Below are positions 32,534 through 45,865 of a stretch of 64,000 nucleotides of DNA, piece after piece (the stretch's first letter is position 1; each line of letters starts with the position of its first letter). A program made the translations under genes and the position numbers. Source of the DNA: Pavona decussata (taxonomy: Eukaryota); NCBI GenBank assembly GCA_977016875.1, contig CDRNST010000131.1:372001-436000 (forward strand), written 5' to 3'. Below the pieces are notes generated by a model. The model saw only the letters and a program-made list of their open reading frames with translations. It made no database searches and was not told the origin of the DNA.

Positions 32534-35500
32534 TTATATACATAAAAGTAAAGATAACAAAGGAGTGCAAATGACCCCAAGATCGCAGATCGCAGATAGT
32601 CCTCCGATGCCTGCTATTGTGATCACGCACATGATCGCAGAAGACAGTCATGTTCCATCTCCTGCGATTGTATGCGATCATATGAAAATCAATGTTTTGC
32701 AATCATAATACCATAAAAGTTGATATTTGGCCAATTCCGCTGTCCAGAAAGTACGTAGACAGAACAGGTCGCGATCGTTTCTTGTGAAATAAATTCGTTA
32801 GCTTTTCGGCCTCGGGGTAACGGGAATACTACTTCGGTAGCCGCCGAGAAAATGTTCGCATTAAAGATAGAAACAAATCGGCTTTTAGGCCTAAAACGGG
32901 GTTTACAGCACAAAACATCAACGCTCACTGTATTACCAAAACATCATTGAAATACAACCCTAAAGTACAATTACTAGCCAGCCCCAAGGACAGCTACAAT
33001 ATACAAACATGAAAAAAATCAACCCTTTGTACACCAACTGCTAAAGACTTTCAGTTTCTCAGACTACTGCGCAAATTGAACTATTAAGACCTGACTCCAA
33101 TTATAATTTAGCTACGGGATACCTTGTATTCCCTTTTTAAATAAATTTAAACGGTATTTTCAATTTCTTCATCTAAGAACAAAAACATAGCAAATCCATT
33201 GTTCTGTTTCAAAGATCGCAGGTAATTTTATTTAAAATATAGAAGGTTTTATGATAATACTTTTAAGGCTTGTTTCAAACTAAGAGACATTTAAATAATG
33301 TGCCATATTGATAGTTACAGCTACGGAATAAATAAAGCGTCTTACCCGTAACCACGTGGATTTAAAAGAAAATAAATACGTTCGTTTCTCTACCTGTATG
33401 ACTAGAAATTTGCTTTCGGTATCAATATTAATTTTTTTGAACTCAAATACCACGACGTTTTGGATAAGACTTAAGCCTCACTTCAGAGTAAGTGTCTTCT
33501 TCAGAGTGAGAATTTAACAATGGACGGTTATGTGAAAAAATGCAATGTTCAAATAGTTGAGTTTCCCTTTAAAGTTAACACAAAATATTATATACAATCA
33601 CGAAGTTGAACAGACTCTGTTTTTACAGTGTATATGTTTTCTTTCTTTTAAGCAAAACAAGTTTTAAGTAGAGTAATGTTATTGTGTGTTAGAATATATT
33701 TCACGAACTCACGAAGAGATGACTCACCCGATAAGTAGCTGTACATGTATTTTCGTTGCCCGTACCTAGAAAACTAACATCATATAGTTTTAAAAGTAAA
33801 AACATATTTTTTTCATTTTGACGTGACAGATCAAATTTTAAACAAAACAAAACAAAATCAAATAGTCTTTACTGGGACTTTCACATGACTGTGCGCAAAT
33901 GTGAACTTTCCTAATTACAATAAAAATAACTACCTTAATTATTTCGAGCTTATTCTAAACTAAACCGCTGTTTTAGGGTGATCTTATGGTTAAAATTTCA
34001 GGAAATGAACTTCACCGGCAACCAACGATTCCTTTGATTGGAAATTGTTACGGGAGGCCCTTAAAATATATACAAATCACTGAGAAAATTCGTTTTAAAT
34101 TGGCGTAATGCAATACGGAAATTTTATTCCTTTAGCTTTCGAGGAGAGAACCATGCCTTTTTGTTTGCTTATTAAGGACAGCTGGGATTTATGGATAGTC
34201 AACAGCAGCTGGTAAATGAGGGGGATCGGATCTTGTTAGAGACGTAAATTTATCTTTTAAAGGACCTTGAAGGAGCTAGAAAAAGAGAAAACGACATTAG
34301 AGATATTTTTGAATAATGAACTTAAATTTTCTCGACGGGTTACCTTTGAAACATTGACAGATCATTTTTAACCTATTTTCCGTTTTACTAAGTTGCCGTA
34401 CCATGATTTCAATAAGAAAAAGACCGGCTAATATAACATTATTTGTCAGTGCGAGAAAAATAAGCAAAAAAATTTTATAGACAGAAAATAATATCCTTTG
34501 TTAAAAAAATTATAAGATTAGGCGCCAATTCGCGAAAATAATCGGTAAGCTTGAATCACGATTATGAGCAATGTCTACTCGCTCACTTTTCGGACTTTTT
34601 TTCTTAATGTGGAGCTCTTTTTATTCAGTTATTTTAACGTTAAAGAACACACCAGTTCAACAATTCTGTCTATTGAATCCTGTTTGTAATAAGGATTTAG
34701 TCAAGAGACATTTTTTGCTGCATCTGGAGATCCATTTACACTGCCACTTAAAGTACTAGAGATCGTTTGTTTTTGTAAGCAAAACTGTGGCCACACTTCG
34801 GTTCCAAATGGCCTTATCGTGGCATTATGTCGTTCAAATGGCCGGGCTTCCATAAACCAGGTTTCGTGCATATGTGAACCGCGAGAAGTACAAAAACAAT
34901 TGTTTTCGGTTTATAAATTCATGAACACAAAAAAACCAAGCCAACGCTTTGTTGGCTGTAACTGGATATTTCTTCTGTGGGAGAAGTTATGAAGAATTTT
35001 TAATTGCACGGTTATATGTAGAAAAAGGCCAATCAACGTCTTCCTCTGTGGTAAATGAATACCATCATTGAAGTTGAACGGAATCTCCAGAGATTCCAAA
35101 AAAGGTGTTTGTATATGCATTTTTTGAAAGTCGATTAATAGCGTTTTTTGCAAAGAAAACAAATTTCTAAGCAGAGTAGTTTTATTGTGTGTTTGAATTT
35201 ATTTGACGAATTTTTATGCAGTGATGATTCAACGATAAGAAGCTGTAAATGAATTTTACTTTCCCGTACCTAGCAGATCATTTTAAAACTAAAAACATTT
35301 TCTTTTCACTTTAACGTGCAATATTTTATTTCTACCGAACCTCTAAATATTGAAAGTCTTTACTTACAGTTTTCAATCGATGCACACAACTGTTGAAACT
35401 TCACAATTATCGAACTTTACATAATTTTTTGGAGGGTTAAAATTAAACAAACTTCAGTGCTACCCAACCGTTCTTTTCGGCGAAACATCGCCTCTGTAGA

Positions 35501-35559
35501 CTCAAATCTTTACGAAATTGGGATTTAATTATGAAGAGGAGCTATCTTTTCTTTGCCGC

Positions 35560-35731
35560 AATGTTCTTGGAAAAAATAATTGCTTTTGTTCTCAGTTGGA
35601 CGAAGAACATATCATGAGAGAGATCTTTATTTATTCGTATCAGGGTAGTACACTCAGACGCCTTAAGCACCGCTATCAATTGGCGCCCTGATAAAAATAA
35701 AATAATAAATAATTTTCCATTAGTAGACTGA
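35560..35731 (+). repeat. Direct repeat of about 170 bp, second copy at about 44086-44259
   Basis: AATAATTGCTTTTGTTCTCAGTTGGACGAAGAACATATCATGAGAGAGAT...CGCCTTAAGCACCGCTATCAATTGGCGCCCTGATAAAAATAAAATAATAAATAATT is present in both. Confidence 0.9.
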
Positions 35732-37395
35732 TTTAGCTTGCGAAAAGAAGCCAGCCAGGACTTTTTGAACGTCAACAGCAGTAAACATTTTCTTAGGCTT
35801 AAAAGTTCAGCTACAGTATGCGCAGAGATCAAAATATATCATGATTGTAAATATCCCTTTTTAAGCTTAAAAGAGAAAAGAACTTTGTTTAAGTTATTCG
35901 ATATTCCAATTTTATTGATGGTTGCCCCTGATACTGTCAAAGAAGATCTTTACCTGCTTTCTGTTTTACTAAGATGCTTTACACTTTTGGGCACGATTCA
36001 AACAAGAATACAACTGACCTGTGTTTAAAATGTTTTTTGTCGGTGCAAGAACAGTTGTCCCGCACATGGTCAAATTCTTTCTTTTGAAATGTGCTCGTCA
36101 TACACACCGAATAGTGTTTATCTGAATTGATAGATTACCTGGATAAAACGAAAAAATAAAAACCTGTTAGGAACAAAAAAGCCATTACTGAAGTTTATAA
36201 GATAAGGCGACAAACACGTGAAAATATTTGCTTCCCCGCTCGATCAGTTTAATACCACTAAAGTAGGAGTAAACGCAACCATTTTTACGTGGGATGCCTG
36301 TGCAGCCCACGTTATAAAATGGGGGCCGTTTGTATCCACAAATGCGCATCTTTCAATTATTAACTCGTTTTAGATGTATCAAATTCAGTTTTCTCCTAGA
36401 GGGGATCTTTTTGTCTCGTATTGTCCTTATTGTCTTTAACAAAAACGGTCCAATCAGAATGCAATATTTTAGTGTATGTCAGGAGGGATCGGACGGAAGT
36501 TAATTACTATTGTGATTATTCAGGTCTCGGTGGAACTGAAAAGGCTTGACTTTAGTGGCGTGGCCATATTGTTTTAATGTTTTAGATTCCAATGTGCCGT
36601 TTTCAAAAAGAAAACTAACCCTATTGAAGCAGTAAATCGAAAGAATAACTTCTATCAAGCACTCGACAGTGAAAACGGTGGAAATTGGAGAGTTCAAAGC
36701 GAAGGAATCATGCTTCTGTTTGACAGTTGTAGAACCATCCAGAATACGTGGGGGAAAGATCATTGATAAGCTAAAACACACATCGCATGACTTTGTCGAT
36801 TTGATGCTTAAACGCAACTTGAAATCCACTTCACAAAAAGATCAAAGGTTTGATTGTCAATTTTTACTAAAAGTTTTCATTTAGGAAAGCTTTTTGCCTG
36901 TTTTCTTTCTGTTTTTTTGATGAAACGAAAACAATTTGTAATCTTACATTGTAATCTTACACTTTTATTTACATAACCAGAGTAGAAAACGTGAGTCACG
37001 CCACGTTATTGTAATAGGATCTCCGGTACAACGAAAGACTTTTGTATGAGAAGCAAAAATATGATGAAAGTTGTCAAGTTTTCATGTATGCAAAAAGTTA
37101 TGATTAGCAGTGAACTTTTCAGATAAAAAGAGTGCTCCTTTCAGCTGAAGACATTTTCTGGCGGGAACTATTTTTAGGCGGCAAAATTTCAAGTAGCGCA
37201 ACTCAATATCACGCAATCTTTCTGACTAAAACTGTTCAGTTAGTTCAATCGCGAAGGGAGAGTAGGTTAAAAAATCGGTGAGGCGTACAATAAATGAGGC
37301 CACTAGTGCTAAACATAGTCAACGCATCCCACGTAAACGCTCTGAAAAGCGTCTTGTTTGGAATATAACGACGTTCGATTTAAATCATTCGAAAC

Positions 37396-40300
37396 TGTTA
37401 CGATAGTTGTGACAATCAGACATTAGGTTCATATTACAGATTAGTCTTATCAGACTCGAAGATCTACACATAAGCTTTAGCCCCTGTGAACAAATCACCT
37501 CTACTAGATGTGACTAATAAAGAAGCTTCAAAGAGAAACATGGTGTCACAAGCGGGATTTTAGAGCTACAGCCGTTCTAAAAACAGAGATTCGCCACCAC
37601 GTCTGGAATGAGCGACAACGAAGGAGAAACGCAAAGGACTTCTCAGACGACCAGCAGCAGCAACAGCACATCGACAGCAACAAGGCTTACGCAAGAAGCA
37701 CCATTCCCATTCCACAGCCTATGGATATGAAAGGAGATTTGGCATTAAACTGGTCAATATTTCGAGAGCAATACGAAGACTACGAAATAGCAACGAAACT
37801 GGACAAGGAGACGCAACCAGTACGAGTCGCTACGCTGAAATCGGTCATTGGGAAAGCGACACTCCAAATTTTCAAGCATTTGGATATCCCTTCCGAAGCA
37901 AGAAAAAATACGACACAAATACTGGATGCACTAGAAGCACATTTCGCCCCATCAAGAAATGTTATACATGAGCGTTACGTATTTCACAGCACCAACCAAG
38001 GAGAAACCGAGACGATCGATCAATATGTGACCAAGCTCCGTGAACTCGCATCAACTTGTAATTTTGGCACGCTTACCGAAGAGATGATAAGGGATTGCAT
38101 CGTGTTAGGCACCAATAACGCTGGATTACAAGGCCGATTGCTAAGAGAATCTAAACTAACCCTGAAGAGCGCCGTGGACATGTGCAGGAGCAGCGAAGCA
38201 TCTCAGAAGCAACACCAGAAGCTGCGAAATAGCAAACAGAACACGAGCGAGGAAGTACATTTCTCAAAGCGCGACAATGAGAGGAAATCTCTTGTTTCAC
38301 CGCCAAAGAAGTATGACAAATGGCACGCAAAATCGACGTCCAGCGAAGCGACTCTGCAAATACTGCGGAGGAAAACATGCAAGAGACAAAAATAAATGTC
38401 CAGCCTATGGCGAAACCTGTTCGAAATGCAAGAAAATGAATCACTATGCAAGAGTGTGCAAACAGATTTCGAAATCGCGTGGGAATCGCAATGTAAACAA
38501 GATAGGCGACAGCGACAACGAAGAAGAATACAACGAAGAGAATTACAGCGAAGAAGACTCGGACGAATACACCTTTAGGCTCACACACACGGTCAGAGCA
38601 GTTAACGACAAAGGTACCCAATGGTTCGTAACATTAAAGATGAAAGCAAACGATTACAGCCGTGACGTTAAGTACCAGATTGATACGGGAACGACGTGTA
38701 ACGTCATGAACTATATGACATACTGCAAAATATCACAAGATGGTAACGCAAGATTGCGCAAGAACTCAGCAAAGCTACGTCTCTACGACGGCACAACAAT
38801 GTTTCCTCTTGGTGAAACCACCATAGATTGCATCAGCCGAGAAAAGTTGCAGTCTCACTGAAGAGAGAGTTAAAAGAAAAGATCGACCAACTTACCAAAC
38901 GTGGAGTTTTGGAGAAGGTCACCAAACACACGCCATGGATTAGCAGCATGGCATGGTAGCAGTCAAAAAGCCTGGCAAATTGCGGATCTGCTAAAATCCA
39001 AAAGACCTGAATGTCGCTTTGAAGAGGTCCAACTATCCTCTACCCACTATTGAAGAAATCCTCCCACGGTTAGCGAAAGCAAAAGTGTTCTCAGTGTTAG
39101 ACGCGAAAGATGGTTTTTGGCAAATCAAGCTAGATGAAGAGAGCAGCTACCTGACAACGTTCTGGACACCGTTTGGCAGGTATCGCTGGCTAAAGATGCC
39201 ATTTGGAATCTCATCAGCACCTGAGGAGTATCAGCGCCGCCAGCACGAAATGCTAGAATGCATTGTTGATGACATTCTAGTGTATGGTTGTGGCGAGACA
39301 CTAAAGCAAGCCATCGAGGACCACGACAAGAACCTCATCAGCCTCCTCAATCGTGCCCGCGAAAGCAATTTGAAGCTGACTAAAGACAAATTGCGACTCC
39401 GACTCACAGAAGTGCGTTGCATAGGACACGTACTCACAGCCCAAGGCCTACGCCCAGACCCAGAGAAAGTCAAGGCAGTTCAAGAGATGCCTAGGCCGGA
39501 GAATGTACACGCAGTACAGCGATTCCTCGGATTCGTCAACTAACTGGCTAAGTTCATGCCACATTTCTCAGATGCCTTCGAACCTCTCTGCCGTCTCACA
39601 GACAAAGACGCTGTTTGGGCGTGGTTGGTTGGCGATTGGTACCAAAACATGACGAAGTGTTAGAAACAGTGAAGAACTTGGAGACACCCCACCCAGTGCT
39701 AAAGTACTATGACGTCAAAGGGCCTGTAACAATCTAGTGCGATGCAAGTGAGACTGGCTTGGGAACAACACTCCTCCAAGAAGGACAGCCAGTCGCCTTT
39801 GCTTCTCGATCACTCAACCCAACAGAACAACGCTACGCGCAAATGGAAAAAAGAGTGTTTAGCCATCGTATTTGCATGCGAACGTTTCGACCAGTACCTC
39901 TATGAACGAGATTTGATTCGCGTGGACTCGGACCACAAACCTTTACTATCTGCTCCTAAACGCCTGCAGCGGATGCTTCTCCGATTACAGAAGTATCATC
40001 TACAGGTACATTACAAGAAAGGTTTAGAGATGTACATCGCTGATTTCTTGTCCCGAGCAGCTTTACCTCTAGAGAAGGGACACCGGATACACCAGACCTT
40101 CAGGTATTCCGCCTGAAAGAAGAACAGAAATTTGCCAAAAAGCTTGCAGACACCGATGCCACGGAATACCTCAGAGTTACCGAAGAGCGTCTCAAGCAGC
40201 TACAACAACAAACAGAGGCAGATGAAGAGATGCAGTCACTAGAGCGAGTCATCCTGAAGGGTTGACCAGAAACAAGGCTACAAGTCCCAGCAGCGGTGAA

Positions 40301-41842
40301 AGACTACTGGAACATTCGAGACGAATTAACTGTACAAGATGGTCTCATTTACAAGGGAAGCCGCATAGTCATACCAAAGTCACTCCAACCAGAAATGCTG
40401 AAACGCATTCACTCCAGTCACCTAGTCATAGAGTCCTGCCTGCGCAAAGCGCATGACGTACTGTATTGGCCCAACATGAACAAACACATCAAAGAGCATG
40501 TCAGTCGGTGCGCCATTTGCAATGAGTATCAAACGAACCAACGAAAAAAACCGCTCATGTCACACCCCATTCCTACAGTACCTTGAAGCCTGATCAGCAT
40601 GGACCTGTTCACGACAGATCAAAAGAACTACCTCGTCACAGTGGACCACTATTCAGACTTCTGGGAATTAGATCAGGTCGAGGACACATCAGCCAGTACT
40701 ATCATCGCATGCTGCAGGTCCCATTTCAGTCGCCATGGCATACCTGACACGGCCCTGAGCGACAATGGACCCCAGTTCAGCTCCTTAGAGTTTGCAGAGT
40801 TCTCGCGCGAGTGGGAATTTCAACACCAGACCTCCTCGCCTTATAACAGCCAGTCCAACGGTAAGATCGAAGCAGCGGTGAAGATTGCCAAGAAACTGCT
40901 CAAGAAAGCTACAAGAGAGAACAAAGACCCATGGAAAGCTATCCTAGATTGGCGCAACACACCTACTGAGAGCATGAGCACCAGTCCAGTTCAACGACTA
41001 ATGGCCAGGAGAACAAGAACACTCTTGCCAACAGCCAACAGTCTCCTGAAGCCGACAATAGCCACTAGCGTACCGGAGAAGATCATAGTGCGAAGAAAGA
41101 AAGCTAAGCTCTATTTCGATCGTAGTGCCCGCAAACTTCCTGACCTAAAATCTGGTCAAACCGTGCGCATCCAAACCCACCCAGGTACCACAGACAAGAA
41201 ATGGCGTCTTGGAACTTGTTTGAGACAAGTTGCTCCTAGGTCATACCTTGTGGCAACCGGCGGGCAGACGTACAGACGGAACCGTAAACATTTGCGACCA
41301 ACGGACGAGCCTGCACCAAATCCACCAACGAGCGATATTAGGTCTGACAATACACCAGCTTCAACAGACCAAACAACCCAGTCAACGCCAACGACGGATG
41401 TAGCCCTCACACCACCTATTGCGAAAGCGGAAGCTGCAGTTCCAGCACTAATCAAGCCAAACCAACGTGCTTAAAACAACGACCCCTGTCCTCGACCGAC
41501 TAGGACAAGAGTGATCGTCCCCCCAACAAGATACAAGGACTTTTTTCATGGAATAAAGGACAGAACTTTATTCACTTTCCTTTGAGAGTTTGATCCGGAC
41601 TGACTAGTTTCGCTTAAACAAAGAAACTTTGATTTATCAGTGATTTATTCTTAAGATAGCAATAGCGCGTTTCTCAGATTTCTTATGGAAAAGGGGATGT
41701 TACGATAGTTGTGACAATCAGATATTAGGTTCTTATTACAGATTAGTCTTGTCAGACTCGAAGATCTACACATAAGCTTTAGCCTCTGTAAACAAATCAC
41801 TTCTACTGGATGTGACTAATAAAGAAGCTTCAAAGAGAAACA
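37396..41842 (+). mobile_element. Ty3/Gypsy LTR retrotransposon (Mag-like), decayed
   Basis: 145-bp TG...CA LTRs at 37396-37540 and 41698-41842 (7 mismatches); tRNA-Leu-type PBS TGGTGTCACAAGCGGGAT at 37541-37558; PPT GGAAAAGGGGA at 41687-41697; gag-PR-RT-RH-IN order. Confidence 0.95.
37608..41474 (+). pseudogene. gag-pol polyprotein pseudogene
   Basis: Two Zn knuckles (CKYCGGKH...C, CSKCKKMNHYARVC), protease IDTG, RT LDAKDGFWQ / MPFGI / VDDILVYG, RNase H ADFLSR, integrase HHCC plus MDLF / SDNGPQF / NGKIE. Multiple frameshifts and stops, and an apparent deletion between PR and RT near 38845. Confidence 0.92.
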
Positions 41843-41888
41843 TCGGTAATGTGAGATGATTCGGCATCTATTGAATCTTGTTTATTAT

Positions 41889-42137
41889 AGGCCTCATCAC
41901 GGTTTTCGACGCCATTTTGACGAGAAGGCAACCACGTTTTGAAATAACAGTGTTGGTATGGGAATCCGATGTCAAATAATTTCCATAAACCATCGCATCC
42001 GAAAAATTCATGAACTGGAAACTTTTGGCGCGATGTTTAATGGAAATTATTTGACATCGGATTTTTATACAAACACTGTTATTTCAAGATGTGTTTGCCT
42101 ACCCGTCAAAAAGACGTCGAAAACCGTGGTAAGGCCT
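41889..42137. mobile_element. Fold-back MITE (about 250 bp)
   Basis: AGGCCTCATCACGGTTTTCGACG...ATCCGATGTCAAATAATTTCCAT is mirrored by ATGGAAATTATTTGACATCGGAT...CGTCGAAAACCGTGGTAAGGCCT. Confidence 0.85.
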
Positions 42138-43888
42138 TTTAGATTATGGTCATGAAACATCTTTTGTTCCATCGGTACAACCATTTATATTCTAAATTGA
42201 TTGACACTGCCCTCAAATGCCTTTTTTCTAGAACTTTCCCTTTGTTTACAAACTTTGGTTTCGAACGGCGTCACAGTGTCGTTTCCATGTTGTATCAATG
42301 GCCGAACATTGGTAAAACAGAATTTTTGACCATTTTCAGTCATACTGCTTTTAGTTCTGTGATCCATGGTGGCGTTGAAATTTGGTGAGCTTGACCTGTA
42401 ATATGGTTGAACAACAGATTTTGTATGTGATAGGATAATCTTAATGGTGCAAAAGCTAATACATGTGTAAACTGCATTAAGATACAGTGATACGATGACT
42501 TATAAGCAAGCTTGTACATACAGAGCAACTGAAAGCAGTTGAACTACCGAGGAGGTCTGTACACGACGGTCAAGAGTAAGAGCAGCGAAACCAAAGCGAA
42601 GGTAAGGGCTTCTCCTCCGTATGATTCAATTAACGGAGAAAGAATTCTCGCTAACTACGGACCAAAAGCGCCAAACTTCTCTTCCGTTTCAGCTAGGCGC
42701 ATCTCAGTAATTTGTAGTTGTTGATGAAATTTTGTGTTCTATTTCTAATAATTAAATTCCTAAAGCAGCAGCACAAAAATCGCACAATGCCGTTCAACTG
42801 TACGATAAAATCAATAACAAAATCCAAGCTTCCTTCCTTACAATTCTAGGCTCATCAGTTCTTGCTTAAAACAAACAACAGTGATTTGATCAAAGGTTAC
42901 ATCGCATGCGTGAAAACAAAAAGGGAATTTAATTCCCAGGGTAAAGGTATCGTAACTTAAGATAACAAAAATTTCAGGCCCGCCAAATTGTCTTTTTAAT
43001 TCATTTTTGTTTTGTTTAGATGTCCAAACGTGAACAACCTAAAACAAAAATTAACTGGGGATTATCTTGAAAATGCCGCTCAGACGTTGTTTCTGTTTCC
43101 TTTCTATTAGGGAATTGCTTCCCAACTTTTTCTTTGACAAGCCAATACCTTTTACAAATTACCTGAGGGTGAAATCATAAATCAATGCATTTATGGGTAC
43201 CTAAGTCCCAGATTTATGTCAAGTTACATTTTAGTAGTCTGCCGAAAATACAGTTCTAAACATTCTTCGAAAGACAGGTAACCCCCAGCGGTGAAGCTTA
43301 CAGTATCAGGCCACTCTAATGCACAACATTTCTACTCTAGAAGTGAGTGTAGGAAGCCTTCCGTTGTACTATAACCGATCTCTAATTAGCCTAACAGGAT
43401 ATTCTAAACGTTTCACAAATTATAAACTAGGTAGTCAGTTCTGTAGAAATTTCTTTGTAAAACTCCCATTTTATTTGATTGTTTTTCTTACTAGAAAATA
43501 TTATATACTTCTTTTTGCTACTAAGAATCCCAGACTTAAAAGTGAGTTGAAATGGATGCTTTACTCCAAATTATGCTCAACATTTTATGGCTCTACAAAG
43601 AATTGACTCAACCGAAATTTCTATAGCGCTTACTCAGATCTTCGGAATTTACCCTCTGTAAGCAAAAAGACAAGGGGATTGGAGAAAAGCTGAGATGTTT
43701 TATGAGCAATACAATCGCGAAAAATTTAGACTATATAGTGATTTTCAAGATGTTTAAAACTCATTGGACAAGCTTCTAAAAGTAGCCTTTGCCGAAACAA
43801 ATGTTTTCTGTTGGAGGATATCAAGAGAATATAATGAGAATTTTATCGTTCAGTAAATTGTTTCTTTGTTTTCTCAGCAGCATCAAGG

Positions 43889-45865
43889 ATGGCAATCAAA
43901 AAAGCAATGTTCCTTTGTCTTCTCATCGTGTTGCCAGTGGCAAAAGAGGCAAAGAAATCTATGAAGCCTCGAAGTAAGCTCCCCCCACCCCACTCCCATA
44001 AATAAATTAATAAATTAGGCTAAAACATGTGAATAATTCGACATGTATAGTTTTCCAATAGTACTGAGTGGCATCTAAATGACGCAATGTATCTTGGGAA
44101 AAATAATTGCTTTTGTTCTCAGTTGGACGAAGAACATATCATGAGAGAGATATTTATTTATTCGTATCAGGGTAGCCCACGCAGACGCCTTAAGCACCGC
44201 TATCAATTGGCGCCCTGATAAAAATAAAATAATAAATAATTCTCCATTACCAGACTGATCTTTTCACGTGTGAAGAAAACATGTTATTTTCACGTGTGAA
44301 GATATCATGTTTTCGCGCAAGAGCTCACCTGGTATTTCACTGGTGTCTATATAATAAAACGACTTATTAAACGTTTTTGGTAGAAGGGATGTGTTTGTAA
44401 GAATACATAAGTTTGCCTAATTCTATGAAGCGAATGCCATGTTATTTCAGCATTTCAAATTCCTAAAAAATTGGGTCTGAGAGCGTGCATCAAAATTACA
44501 GTTATTTATGATCCGGTTTGCTCGCTTTTGTAAAGTAAGGACACGACGAAGATTGCTTTCAGAAGTCGATGGCTACACAGTATTGCAGTACAGTGTAATG
44601 AAGATAAGAATAAATCATACAGTAAGTGTAAAGCTCGACAACAGGCTTTAGAGGAAATAAAATACTCGTAAAATATTCTTATAGATTTTGCGGCTAAATG
44701 AAAAATGCGTGTTTTACATAAAAAATTTTCCTCTAGTAAGAGTCCTAAGAAAACCGCGTACTTTATCTGCTTGATAATTTTCTGTCTCGTGTTAAATGCT
44801 ACAAATGTCGTCTTTCTGAGTTAAGTGAAGTGCCGTTTGCTTTAAACCAGATTCAAAGTTAAGGCTAAATTTTTCGTCCAGATCGGTTACTCGCTTACAC
44901 TAACGCCACTCTTCTTTCCATTGTGTTAGTTTTTCATTGTTTAGCCTGTTTTACGTGCACACGTACTGATTTAACTAAGAAAAATGGGACCCGTACTTAT
45001 ATTTACTGTTATAAATCAAGGTCATGGAGTTAGTCCTTTTCGTACTTTTTTCCACAGCGGGTGCAACTTTTGCTTGGGATGAGGGATACGGCATAGACAC
45101 TTGCAGGACGGCTAGCTGCATTCTAAAGTGTAAGTAGACAAACAAATATCCTTGATACCTATAGAACGAGGGCCATGGGTGAAATTAAAAGGATGCAAAG
45201 TGAAAGTCGTGAGCATAAATTTAATTAAAATGAACAACATCCCTATTCATGTTTCACTTATTTACTCTAAAAGTTACAAAAGTCCCTAAAGAACATTGTG
45301 ATAGCACTACTATGGCGCAAACAAAATTATTATTATACGCATAAATAATAGACATCATCAAAATAAAAACACATAGAGAAAAGGGATGAAGAAGATTAAT
45401 TTTCTTCTATTTCGCTTCATAGGTTGTCCATCTGACTGGTTACGATTAGGAAGCTCATGCTATCACGCCGTCTATGAGATAACGCCGAAATGGGAAGATG
45501 CTCGAGCAGTTTGTCAGGGTCTTGGAGGAGACTTCGTTGTAATCACCTCAGCCGAAGAAAACGACTTCGTTTACAAACTGGCAATGGAACAGGAAAATGT
45601 TCCTGAGGGGATAGCGTGGATTGGGCTGCGGAAAAACACTGAAGACTCCAAGTGGTATTGGGTTGATGGCACCCCTCTGAAGGGGAATTTTGAGAGCTGG
45701 GGAGAAGGGGAACCTAACAACTTAGGAGGTAATGAGAATTGCGGCCACTTTTTCCGAGAACCAACAAAATGGAATGACGCCAAATGCGAACTCCCGGAAG
45801 ACTGGGCTGAGAAGGCTCCTATCATTCTTTGCGAAAAGCACCTTTACACGTCCAGTACCTTCTAA
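43889..45865 (+). CDS. Secreted single-CRD C-type lectin 1, EPN type (199 aa, 3 coding exons)
   Basis: Exons 43889-43973 (MAIKKAMFLCLLIVLPVAKEA signal), 45058-45129 and 45423-45865, with phase-1 GT-AG junctions and 600 nt in total. CPSDW..SCY, WIGL, WVDGT, GEPNN, ENC, WNDAKC motifs. Confidence 0.9.

Noticed and set aside
36580-36884. Protein-like frames (QCAVFKKKTNPIEAV...; ORF 36669-36884)
   Set aside because: No recognisable motif or exon chain; possibly decayed transposon sequence, unresolved without BLASTX.
42500-42607. Candidate TATA box and 5' UTR exon of lectin 1 (donor AAG|GTAAGG at 42601)
   Set aside because: Plausible because the ATG exon has an upstream acceptor, but not supportable without transcripts.
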